From positions 127,348,001-127,412,000 of the forward strand of contig OZ024741.1 in assembly GCA_964016885.1 (NCBI GenBank): DNA of 64,000 nucleotides. Reading direction: 5' to 3'. This stretch comes from Eledone cirrhosa (Eukaryota). The position numbers and the translations under genes were made by a program. This document shows positions 39,754 to 51,840 of this stretch, piece by piece. Numbering within the stretch: the stretch's first letter is position 1; every line of letters starts with the position of its first letter. Under the pieces are notes generated by a model that was given only the letters and a program-made list of their open reading frames with translations, ran no database searches and was not told the DNA's origin.

Positions 39754-42410
39754 GTGAGTTTGCTTTCTTTTCCTATTTATCATCATCATCATCATCATCA
39801 GGTTTAGCGTCCGTGTTCCACGCTTGCATGGGTTTGGACGGGGGTTTTCCCACTTGAGGCAAGAGTGGTTGTCTTGCTCGCATAGGACTGTGTACTTTTA
39901 TTTTCATTTTTATGGTTTCAGTCATTACATTGCACCCTGCTGGGGTACCAACTTGATTTAGTCATTCATAACATAATCATCATATGTCCATTGTTCCACG
40001 CTTGCATGCATTGGACTGGTCCTTCTCGGTACACCATTTCTCCATTTATTGCGTTCCTTTGTCATCTCCTTTGTGAGCTTTGGCAATCTAAGATCAGCTC
40101 TCGCCATTTCCATCAACCCCAGTATACTTGTGTATTTACACACACACACACATATATTTTTTTTTTTTTTTCTGTAGATTTGCATTTATTTATCTTGAAA
40201 AAAAAATTAACATTGCTTATTATTATTAACATTGCTTGTTGCATTTTTAATTCATGGCTTTAGTCAAAGTTTCATAAGTTGGTTTGTTGATGGCTGATGT
40301 CTATATATGAAGGTTTTAAACTCAACATACAACTTTATATCATTATCGAGGTTAACTTTGCCTTTCATCCTCACGGGGTCGATAAAATAAAGTACCAGTA
40401 ATGCACTGGGATAATTGCTGGCCTTGTGCCAAAAGTAGAAACAATTATCATTTAATGATGTGTGCCACCAACAAATCAACCTATGAAACTATTAGTTCCG
40501 TAAGCTTCGATTAATGCCATAAATTAATAAATATATATATTTACCTTTGTTTGTTTACATCCAGTTAGTACATTCTGTTAAGAGGCTGGCAATTGGACAG
40601 AGACAATATAGAGTAGAAAGGACTCTTCAGTCTTACTGAATATATAATCTTTCTAGTGCTGGTGTCACAATTATAAATATACTCAGTACACCCTGTAAAA
40701 TGTTTAGTATTAGGAAGGGCATCCAAATGTAGAAACCATGCCAAAATATGAAATGCATGAGCAAGATGTGGTCACTCCGACATATCTATTTTCAGACCGG
40801 AACAGCTTGTCCAACCCTTTCTATCATGGAAAGTGAGCCTTAAATGAAGTTGGTGATTATATATATATATGTAGGTAACACGGTAAAAACCTCCCAGTTC
40901 CGCACTGTCAATGTGGTTGGTGTTAGGAAGGGCATCCAGCCGTAGAAAACCCGCCAGACAGTCCTATGCGAGCAAGACAACCACTCTTGCCTCAAGTGGG
41001 AAAACTCCCGTCCAAACCCATGCAAGCGTGGAATATGGACGTTAAACGATGATGATGATGATATATATGTGTGTGTGTGTGTAATATTGTTATTGTGTTA
41101 TGATAGTCTTGTAACTCCTGATGGAGTCGTAAGGGTACATGGTGTTTCTTGGGTATTTCAAGCCTGGCGGAGCCCATCTCACTCCAGGTCTAAACACAGT
41201 AGATTTCTTCTAGAGAAAGATTGAGAATAAGAGAGAGAACGTTAGAAAGAGATATAGAGTAAGAATCAACCCTAGTACTGGACTGGTACTTTTTTTTATC
41301 GACCTCGAAAGGATGAAAAGCAAAGTTGACCATGGTGGGATTTGAACTCTGAGAGCTGGAACGAATGCCACAAAGCATTCTATCTGATGTTCCAACAACT
41401 CTGCCAATTCACTGCCTTATTGTTAATAGAAGTTTTGCAGAAGTTACTGGCTTTTCAAAACAATGATGAACTATATATATATAGTCTTTACTCAGTTTAT
41501 ATAAGAGGGATTGTGTAGATGTAGTAAACACCAATTCACAAAAGAGGATAGTGCAGGAATATTAAAGTGTGGGTTAAGCTAAAGAAAAGGTGAATCAAGG
41601 AGTGGATAAATAAAGCAATAAGGACAAAATGAGTGCAGGAAGTATTCATTGTGCACTAATTTTAGTTGCATGGTAAATATATTTCCTATTAACTTTTGAG
41701 GTTATTACTTTTTACAATTTGTTTCTTTTCTTATTTCTAAATAAAAATTTTATTTTGTTTTTGAATCTAAGAAAAAATTTTTTAAATAAAAGAACAAAAA
41801 TTATTGTTAATTTATTGGATAACATTTCATATAATATACCTATTTAGAAGCTTTTCTACATAAACAATCCAAGGTGTCACTCCAGCATGGCCAGTCTAAT
41901 GACTCAAACCAGTAAAACAAGATAATCACTCTTAAATAATCTTAAAAACCTAGGAAAATAAAATGAATTGAAATTTACTGCTACACCTATGCACATTTAG
42001 CTGGCTTCCGATAAGGTTGTCTCATAAAAGGATTCTCAGGTGTTTTAATGATAGAGCCTCCGGTCCCATCACAAAAAGTAAGGTGAAGTGTCTTGCTCAA
42101 GAACAATATGCTGCCTGGTCCAGCAATGAAACACATTAACTTATAATCATGATTCCAATACCTTAACTACTAGGCCATGTGCCTATACTATTCTATGAAT
42201 ACCACCCAAGAAAGATATATTTATTAATATATGAAACAGCACTATGCATCTCTTTAGAAATTAAAGTCTTTAGTTTGATACAAATTTTCACAGTGATCTG
42301 TCCACTAGTAAAGATATTAGAAACATTTAAATTAAATATATTTTTACATATTTTTTGCTAAATCATTACAGGATTTTTTAAGAGTTAAGAAAAAAATTGG
42401 TTGGGTGTTT

Positions 42411-42745
42411 CATCATCATTTTACGTTTGTTTTTCTCTGCTTGCAAGGGTGGGGCGGGAACTGATTCTGGCTTGATTTCTACAGCTGGATGCCCTTCCTA
42501 ACACCAACCTCATTTACAGTGAGTGCTGGGTGCTTTTTTGTCGTGGCGCCTACACGTCTACTTTACAGTGTGGGCTGGGTGTTTTTTTGCAGTGGAATGA
42601 TAGGGACCCCAGTCCCTATCATCTCATTTCTACAGCTGAGTAAACTGGAGCAATGTGAAATAAAGTGTCTTGCTCAAGGACACAACACATCACCCGGTCT
42701 GAGAATTGAACTCACAACCTTTCGATTGCTAGGCCATGTGCCTCC
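42411..42745 (-). mobile_element. tRNA-CORE SINE with RTE tail, inverted near-identical copy of 38471-38810
   Basis: Direct reverse-complement comparison shows few substitutions and two indels. Confidence 0.9.
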
Positions 42746-44260
42746 ATTTATGTATAAATATCAAATGCTACTGCTACTTTAACTTCACTTATAAGAATCA
42801 AGTGATTTTTTTTTTTTTAGCTAAATTTTTGCAAAAATAGGGGATCTTATATGCCATCAAATACAGTACATTTTATTTTTGGCTATAATTAGATACAAGC
42901 TTTTGAATAGTCGTCCACATTAAATACCCCATTTGTTAATATCAGTAACAAAGAACTGATTGTGACTGATCTGATTCCAATGTTTAAGGAAGTTAAAAAA
43001 TCTCAAATCAATGTGTTTTCAATGAGATTTTCTATGAAACAAGATTCATCTGTTGTTTATTTGTTTTTTGTATGTTTTAGTCAGTTTTGGTGGTGGTTTT
43101 CCTCACACATGATTTTCACATGACAATTTGAAAATATGTGAGAATTTTAAAAAATGTTTTATGAAATTATGAAAGTTTGAATTAATACATTTTTTTTATC
43201 ATCTATTTTTCCACGCTTGCATGATGAACACTTTAAAACAAATGGCTTTGTATCATAGAATCAACAGTGGTTTCAGGCAGTTTAGTATCAGTAGGGTTAA
43301 AGCTAATAAATATGGTTGGCAAAATTATTATTTATTACTGTCTTCTCTGTCTTTATATAAACTAGTTGTAGTCTGGATTTTCCTTAGGACATACCGAAAC
43401 ACACACACAGAGGGGGGCCCACATGTTGACACTCTGGCACTTAAAATTCCTGCATTTCCCAACAAAATTTAGTGTGGTGACAACTCTCTCTTCCTATCTA
43501 TCTTTCACACGCACTCTCTCTCTCACACATACACACTGTATTTCTCTCTCAATAACAACCTGTTGTTTTGTTTGTTTGTTTGTTTTTCTTGAAACATTTT
43601 AATTCTATCTTTCACACACACACTTTCTCTCTCACTGTATTGCTCACTCAGTAACAACTACTTGTCTTTATAGTGAAAGTCTCTTTTTGAAGTCTGTTGC
43701 ATTGTCCATATGTTGAAAGACATACAAAATCACACACAACCAAAAAATCTCCATTCTTTCTCTCTCTCTCACTGTATTTCTCTCTCAATAACAATAACCT
43801 GTCATTATAGTGAGTCTTTGTTTTAATCTGTTTTTCTTGTTTGTATGTTGAAGGACATACAGAACCATAACACACACACACAGAACCCCCCAAAAAATCA
43901 GTATTCTTTTCATTTGTTGTTAACACATTGTATTAGTTAGAGAAAGGATGATGTGGAGCATTATTTCCCTTTCTATATATATAGAGAGTGACGGACAGAC
44001 TGACACACACAGCTCTTATTATAGTATAGATTATGCTGTGTGTATGAGTATAGAATGATTAGTGTTAGGAAGGACATCTAGCTGTAGACACTATGCAAAA
44101 TATGGAATATATGAGTACGATGAGGTCGCTTTGACCCATCTAATCTTGAACCATAACAACTAATTCAACACACGGAAGCATGGAAAGTGGACATAAAAAT
44201 GAAAGTGATGGTGATCAGGATCATATGATGATGCTGATAATTTTTTTCTTTCTTTTGTAG

Positions 44261-44915
44261 CCAATAGTCAGATAGCGTCAGAGGAAGAATTGGATAGTGT
44301 AATAAACCTGTTGTCTGGTAGTGTCAACCTGTTGCAGCAAGCACCACTGCATGTACCAAGCCAGCTACAACTGTCTCCTTTGCATCAGTCATCTACTACG
44401 GGAACTAGTAACTCTATGTTCAGCTCTTTAGTCAGCTCTCCAGACATTGACGATCCACAGCAGATCTACAAAGGCAACCATGTCCATCGGCGTTCCGAGG
44501 GCTCTTTGGATTTATCTGGAATGACAAGTCTTGTAGGTGTCAGCAACAGTAGCTATGTAGGTGGTGGAAGTGCTAACAGTGGTGGTGGCGTCAGAGGTGG
44601 TGGACGGAACACTTGGCCTCACCCTGGCTATCACCATCGCTCCAGTCTGCCAGCTGGCCCATTGGGCTCTCAAAACCTTTTAAACTATGATCAGCGTGAG
44701 GATTACTCACGGATACTTCGTTCAAACAGTTCATTGGATCAACGGAACCACATAAATGATGTTTACCTTCCACCAGTCAGCCAATCACAGGAGGTTCAGC
44801 CCGGACTGTATTCATTGCCTGGTAGTGGTCACTTTATGTCTAATCCAGACTGGACATTTCCTGACACCAAACTAAACAGAACTTGGCCAGTGTCAAGCAT
44901 TAGTACTGGAGGAGG
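44261..44915 (+). CDS. GARRE1: GARRE1-like exon
   Basis: TTTTGTAG|CC (phase 1) to GG|GTAAGT (phase 2); SEEELDSVINLLSG resembles human TDQEMQEVIDFLSG; contains RNTWP and NRTWP. Confidence 0.9.
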
Positions 44916-46206
44916 GTAAGTTTTTATTTTATTTTTTTATATTCCGTCCTTCCCCCTGTTTTGTCAAGGAGAGTAGGGTAGTTCTCATGACCCTTTTCAT
45001 GACTTAGATTGGTGGGAAGAAGGTCTTATCAAACCAGAGACCTGGCACAAATGCTTGCAACAGCAGTTTCTGCTAAAGACACCCAAGGGCTAGGTGATGG
45101 TGTTAAACCAAGCAACTAAATAAGTCTACTATCCAAGGGCCAAATAGTAGTGTTAAAGTGGGTAACCAATTAAGTCTACCATCCATGTAGATTACAAAGA
45201 TTTGCACTTGGAAGGCAAAGAGCCAGAACAAATACTGCACTAAAGTTGGCTAATTTAACACCACTGCCTGGCCCTTGGGTACCTTTTAACAGAGTTCACT
45301 CTCTTGTAAACGTTTGAGCCCCATCTCCTGTTTGAGGATATCTTTTTCCCTACTTTCCAACAATCTCAGAGACCCTTAAGAGTTATAGGTACTGCTCTTC
45401 CTTGAGTAAACAGTAAAAAATAAACCCCCAAAATTTGTATATTTTTTATTTTTTCTAAACACACAGTTCAGTTTTAAAGGTATTTCCTGATTATTAATGT
45501 ATGTATATATGTATGAAGGCAGCAAATTGGCAGAGTTGTTAGAACAGCGGATAGAATACTTTGCAGTATTTGTTCCGGATTTCTATGCTCTGAGTTCAAA
45601 TCTCACCTGGGTCAACTTTACCTTTCGTTATTTTGAAGTCGATAAAGTGCCAGTCCAGTACTTAGGTCAATTCTCTCTCTCTCTCAAGAAATGCCACGTG
45701 TCAGAACAGCAACCCTATGATTCTATTTAGAGTTAAAGGCCCTCCCTTTTCTTTCTTTCTTTGTATGTATATGTGTGACTTTTGTTGTTAGAGTTCACAC
45801 TTTTGTAGGTGTTCCAGGTTTTCTATGAGGTTTCATGGAAAGTTACTTGGGTGTTTTAATGATGAGGGCTCCAAACTTATGTCACTATTTTTCTTGTGAC
45901 AGAAGGCAAGATTTGAACTCAGAATTAACACAGTTCAAACATTGAATTATTTGCAAAAATCTATATAAACTATCAGCTTGTTTTGCCTCAATATTGAGTG
46001 GGTGAATGTCTCTGAAGATGGATAAAAACCATGAAATATTAGTATTTGGTCGTCTCACATGGCTACGAAAGTAGCTATGATGTGAATACAGCTAAAATAC
46101 CCACAGCAAGACTTATGTACGGTTATTATACATAAATATATTATGTATATTTTCATATACACCTCTATTCTGAATCACGCTGTCTGTACTACTGCTAATG
46201 TTTTTT

Positions 46207-46245
<39 letters not shown>

Positions 46246-47656
46246 GTATGGTGTGTTGTATATATTATGACTTCGAAATACCAAGCTATGATATGTCTGG
46301 CATGTAATATCCATATTCTTATATATTCTATTCATAACAAAAGAGAACATCCAATCTGTATTTTCTAATTAGTTTGAAAATGCCTTCATTCTGTTGTATT
46401 TTATATAAAGTTCTAGATCACTTAACCATTTTTATATCACACCACCCGAAACCACCTTTTGTTTTAAAGTCTTTGTTTTTTTAAAAACCTCCCCTCATAA
46501 CTTTATGTAAGAACAATGCTTAAGTTAGATTCCAAACACCAGTTTAGTAATGAGAAAATTAGTTCTATTACTAAATCCCTCAAAATTCTTGATTATTTTA
46601 AAAACTATTTCAAAATCATAATCAGTTTCTTTCATTAGAAATATGGTAATGAAAGGGTTAAAATAACTTTTTGTTTAAGCTGTCGTTATTATAAACATAA
46701 TGGCCAGAGCTAATCCCCTGACATGAGACCATGACTGATTATGAAAGCTGCAATGGGTGAAGAATTCTGGCAGCTGTTGTTGTTAACCACACAGCTATTG
46801 TTGTTAACCACACTGCTGTTGTTAACCACACTGCTGTTGTTGCTAAGCAAACAGTTGTTGTTGTTCCAGCTCGTACCTATGCAAGTTTAGTTGTCTTCCT
46901 CCAAGGTTGTATCACATAGGTTTCTCTGGCGTTTTAATGATAGGTGTTCCAGCCCGATCATGTTTTTGTTACTGCTCATAACTATGCAAGTTTAGATAGC
47001 CTCCTAAAAGGTTGCATCTCATATGAGGTTTCTCAGGTGTTTTAATGATAGGAATCCCAAGTCTTCTGAAAAGATTCCCCCTGGTCTGGATGCCAATCCA
47101 TTGCAGGAGTTAACCCCCAGCTACTGCTGCTGGCACTAATTTTTTTTCTTCCTTTAAGTGGACTGGGGCAGTGTGAAATGAAGAGTCTTGCTTAAGGAGT
47201 TTGCTGTCCTGTTCAGAAATCAAACCACAACTTTATGATCATGAATCCCAAACCCTAGCTACTAGACCAAGCACCCTCAGGAAATGTTATTGTTGCTTCT
47301 AAACAAGGAAATATTGTTATTGCTAAGGAATGTTGTTAATGTTGTTGCTGTTACTCAGCAAGAAATTTGAAATTTTAGTACTAAGAACATTTTTTTTTCA
47401 TTGTTAAGCAGCAGAATGTTGTTGCTAAGCAATGAAATGTTGTTACTAAGCAATGGAATGTTATTGATGTTGTTGCTAAACAACGGAATGTTGTTGTTGC
47501 TAAGCAACAGAATGTTGTTGATATTGTTCCCAAGCATAATAATTTAAGTATTATTCGCCAATCCTGCATTGATTCTGTACAAGTTGGTTTATTAAATTAT
47601 ACATTGAATTTATCTTTTATTAACAATAAATGTTGTTATACATACATGAACATTAA

Positions 47657-48051
47657 CTCTTAACATCCTGTAATGATTTAGTAGAAAATATTTCAAAATG
47701 AGGTTGTTAATTGATATGTTTCTAGTAGTATCTTTACTAAAGAGAAAATTTACAATACAACCCTTTAGCATTTAAACTGGCCATATCTGACCAGAATTCT
47801 CTCACCTCTTTCTCTTCAAACCGGTCATAACTGACCATTCATACTAATGTTAAGGTATGGTTCTCAAAATAAATATCAAAATCTCATAGATTCAATATTA
47901 TATGAGATAAAGCCTTTTCTGTGAAAATATAATAGTAAATATAGAGTAATGTGAATGTTAAAGGGTTAAAGACTTCAATTTTTCACATGATGCAATCATA
48001 GTGCTGTTTTATACTGCTGATGCAGATTCATGTGATACAGGAAGTTAAGAG
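47657..48051. mobile_element. TTAA-flanked MITE with a nested second MITE (47761-47965)
   Basis: TTAA-CTCTTAACATCCTGTA ... TACAGGAAGTTAAGAG-TTAA; uninterrupted copy at 50033-50211. Confidence 0.8.
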
Positions 48052-51000
48052 TTAAGATTGCATGCTATTAAATGTTTTATATTTAAATAAAAACCATATA
48101 TATTTGTGTATAAGTCACATCAATAATTACCATATAAAAACCATCCTGCAACTTATCTACTAGGCCTACAACACTATATGTGAGTCAAGTACAAAGTCGA
48201 GAGTATGTAAAATAGAGGTGTAACTTATCTACTAGACCTACAACACTATATGTGAGTCAAATACTGAGTCAATAATGTTGTATGTAAAATGACTGTGTGA
48301 CTTATCTACTGAACCTATAGCAGTTTAAAGAGTCAGTTACTAAACCACAATTGTTATATAGACAGTATATATGGTAGTTTATTTGGTTAACATATGGATA
48401 CATTAGGAGGCAAAATGGTGATATTTGGACAAACAAAATTGTAACATTTATAATCTGAACTTTGAGTCATAAGTATACTACAAAAAGTAATATTGAAGTT
48501 GGTATTGGTCACAATTTTCAGAGAAGTGAAAATTGAAATAGAAGAGTATTAATGGTGTTGCTAATTTGGTTGATATTTTCATGAAGAGAAGGCCAAATAA
48601 AATATAGCTCCTGTAACTAGGTGAGGGGCCTTTTTTTTTTTCACCCCTGTTTTATACTGTGACCTTTTTTCTTCTGACTATGGTACTGTTTGCAGTTTTT
48701 ATCTACATACACATATATATGTATATCATGGTAATAAAAGCATGATCATGTGACATTTGTGTGTCTGCCTATCTCTCTTTCTCTCTCTCACATACTCTCT
48801 CTGTCCCTCTATCCATCTGCCTACCTACTTACCTATCTAAATAGGTGTATATTTACCAATGTATCTATTTTCAATCAAGAACAATAACAAAATGCACAAA
48901 TTCCCATATTAGTCCAAAGATAGACAGATACATATCTATATCGATAGAACAGTCATCATCATTTAGTGTATATATATTTGACAATGATTAAGGAGAAAAT
49001 TATTGTAATTGATTTAAATCAGTGGTAAAATGAAATATGGCTATGGCTGAGGAAGGTCAAGGTTTCATGCATCTTTACATAGAATTCTTTTTACTATTTA
49101 ACACCATTATTTTATCAGGTACTATATTAGTGTGTGTGTTTGTGTGTATACCCTGTAAAGTGTTATTGCTGGTGTCCTGAACAATGCACTCACCATCCAC
49201 CACCTACTGATGTCATCATATTTATCATTTTCCCTATACTTCATCCTACTTCATAAGGCAGAGAGAACTCAGCTCTTCAGTTGAGTCAATGACTGACAAT
49301 CTCCCTATGTTTGGTGCCACAATAAAATACACCTAGTACACCCAGTTCATCTTTCTTCCAAAATATGATGCCTGCTCCATACCTCATCACAGACACAGCC
49401 CTTGAATTCTATTTGCATCATTTGTTGACCATTCAGAAGTAGTATTCCCCTGCTTTTCAAAAACTTTCCCCCATTTCATAATCAACACACCACACTTTTG
49501 AATACCAAATTTCATTGTTGTTGTTATTATTAACACTTATCAACCAGTTTCCCAAGTGTTATTTATGAAATTGAGAACTCCAGAGTAAATTCTGAGGTGT
49601 TTTTCACCTTCAAAATTGCCAATAATAACTATATATATGCTAAAAAAACCTATTGTACTCTCTTTTGTCCCATTCTTTAAACCCAAATCTACTCATTAGT
49701 TCACCCAACCCACCACCTCTCGACTGATACTTTTTTTATCGACCCCCCCCCCCCCCCCCCGAAGGATGAAAGAGCAAAGTTCATCAAGCAAGATTTGAAC
49801 TCAGTGCACAGGGTAATAATATAGAAATAGTATACAACCTCTTTCTTCAGTGAACTAAACTATGACTGTCACTCGGAATCGAGGATGAGTTGGTAGTGTA
49901 TATCATGCTTTGACTAATGATTTTAGATACCCACTCATGAACAGACACAGACACCCTCTCAACCTTCCTTCCCTTGATCTGGTGGAACATCAAAGGAGAG
50001 ATGGTTACACCAGCACTGGGCTGGTACTTTAACTCTTAACATCCTGTAATGATATAAGAGAATATATCTAAAAAAGAATTTTAAAAAGCATTTGTTAATT
50101 CAAATATATAGAATATCTTTACTAATACATTTTCATGAAAATTTGCAGTGTTTTGGTACTTTTCAAGAATATCTTTCTCATGTGGCTTCATGTGGTACAG
50201 GATGTTAAGAGTTAATCAACCCTGAAAGGTTAACAGGCAAAGTGACTCTTAGCGAGATTGAACACAATGCTTTGTGATATTTGTTTGAGCTCTCAAATCA
50301 TTTTTTGTTCTATCCAAACACTTTAATAACTCCAAGTTGATTTTTTTTTTTTTTTTTTTTTAAACTTTTATTTGTTATAACACAGAAGCTGTTTGCTTTT
50401 CTAACTTGAATTAACTTCTATTTGCAAAACTCTAATAACTAACAAGAAAATATTCACAAGAAAAAAAACTAATACAGTAATCTTTAACCTTTTTGTTACC
50501 AAACCACCTGAAACTGTCCGTAGTTCGATGATATAAAGCTGTTATTTTAATGGTATTTATATGACACCAGTGGTTAGTGGTTAGATAGTTGGATTCACAA
50601 TCACAAGTTCAATTTCATAGCCGGGCAATTGGAAAGACCAATGGAGACATGGTTTCCTTGGTCCAATCTTATGCATTCCATTTCACTATGTAAGCGAATG
50701 ATTTCTTGGATCTCATCAATTCAGATAAAAAAAAATATTTACTTTCAATCTTCCATCATAATTTTATGTAAGAACATTTGTTATATTACTAAACCCCTCA
50801 AAATGTCATAATTTTCAAAATATTTGAAAATCATAGGCGGTGTCTGTCTGTCTTTATAAATATGGTAACAAAAGGGTTAATATTACCCATGTTGAAATAA
50901 CGTCTTTGTCGTCATTGATCTACTCACAAGGTTTTTATTTGCTTAAACGTAGATTTATATTTATCCTTGACTTGTGTATCTGTGTGTGTGTGTGTTTGTC

Positions 51001-51198
51001 GTCTATCTATCCACTTAGTTCACCAACATTGGCTACCCTGGAAAAATCAATATTTACTTTATTTTTATATATATATTTTTTTTTCCTTTCTTCCACATGG
51101 GTTTTATAGGTTTGTCATTGATTGGTCACAAAACTTTGTTTTATGGTGCCATGTTCTTTCTTTCTTTTTCTTTCTCTATCTCTATGTATATGTTGTAG

Positions 51199-51321
51199 GT
51201 CAGATACTATGAACAGCAGCTGGTCTGGTGTCCAAGACTCCAGTGACTTTAGTGATGATTCATCAAGTGGTGAACAGTTCTTTGCTGTTGGTCTTCACCT
51301 CGTTCATGCTATTGATTCTAA
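51199..51321 (+). CDS. GARRE1: GARRE1-like exon
   Basis: GTTGTAG|G (phase 2) to AA|GTACGG (phase 2); SSWSGVQDSSDFSDDSSSGEQFFAVGLHLVHAI resembles human GGWSGAQGDSASSSDETSS..GPDLVAAV. Confidence 0.85.
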
Positions 51322-51650
51322 GTACGGCCATTCTTACTAACATTACTAACAGCCTTTTTACATTTGCTTTATTTATTTTATTTTGGCAAAGCTACTTTAG
51401 CTCTCTTTTTCTCTGTTGCTATATATATATATAAATCACTGAAGTAATGTATCTCCAGCAGTCAACTGATAAGAGGGGATTGTTCTGTGTTTCATTCTGT
51501 GTTTCATTCATTTTTCCATTGTCTTCGCCCACCTTATTTCATTTATTTTGTATGATTTTAGCCACACGGAACCCTTTTTTTTTTTTCAAATTTATATAGA
51601 TATATATATGTGTATGTGTGTATTATTATTATTATTATCATCATCATTAA

Positions 51651-51840
51651 GGCGGTGGATTGGCAGTATTGGTAGAGAGTCGGACACCATGCTTTGCAGC
51701 ATAGTTACGTCCCTTTACGGTCTGAGTTCAAATCCTGCCACAGTTAACTTTGCCTTTCATCCTTACTGGGTCGATAAAATAAAGCACCAGTAATGCACTG
51801 GGATAATAGCTGGCCTTGTACCAAAAGTAGAAACAATTAT
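51651..51840 (+). mobile_element. tRNA-related SINE with CTTTCATCC..GGTCGATAAAAT..ACCAG central domain (Meta-domain-like)
   Basis: Ten or more copies in the window, for example 2695, 8601, 22365, 29145, 34180, 40345, 41270, 45515, 60410 and 63890; B-box-like GAGTTCAAATCC. Confidence 0.75.
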
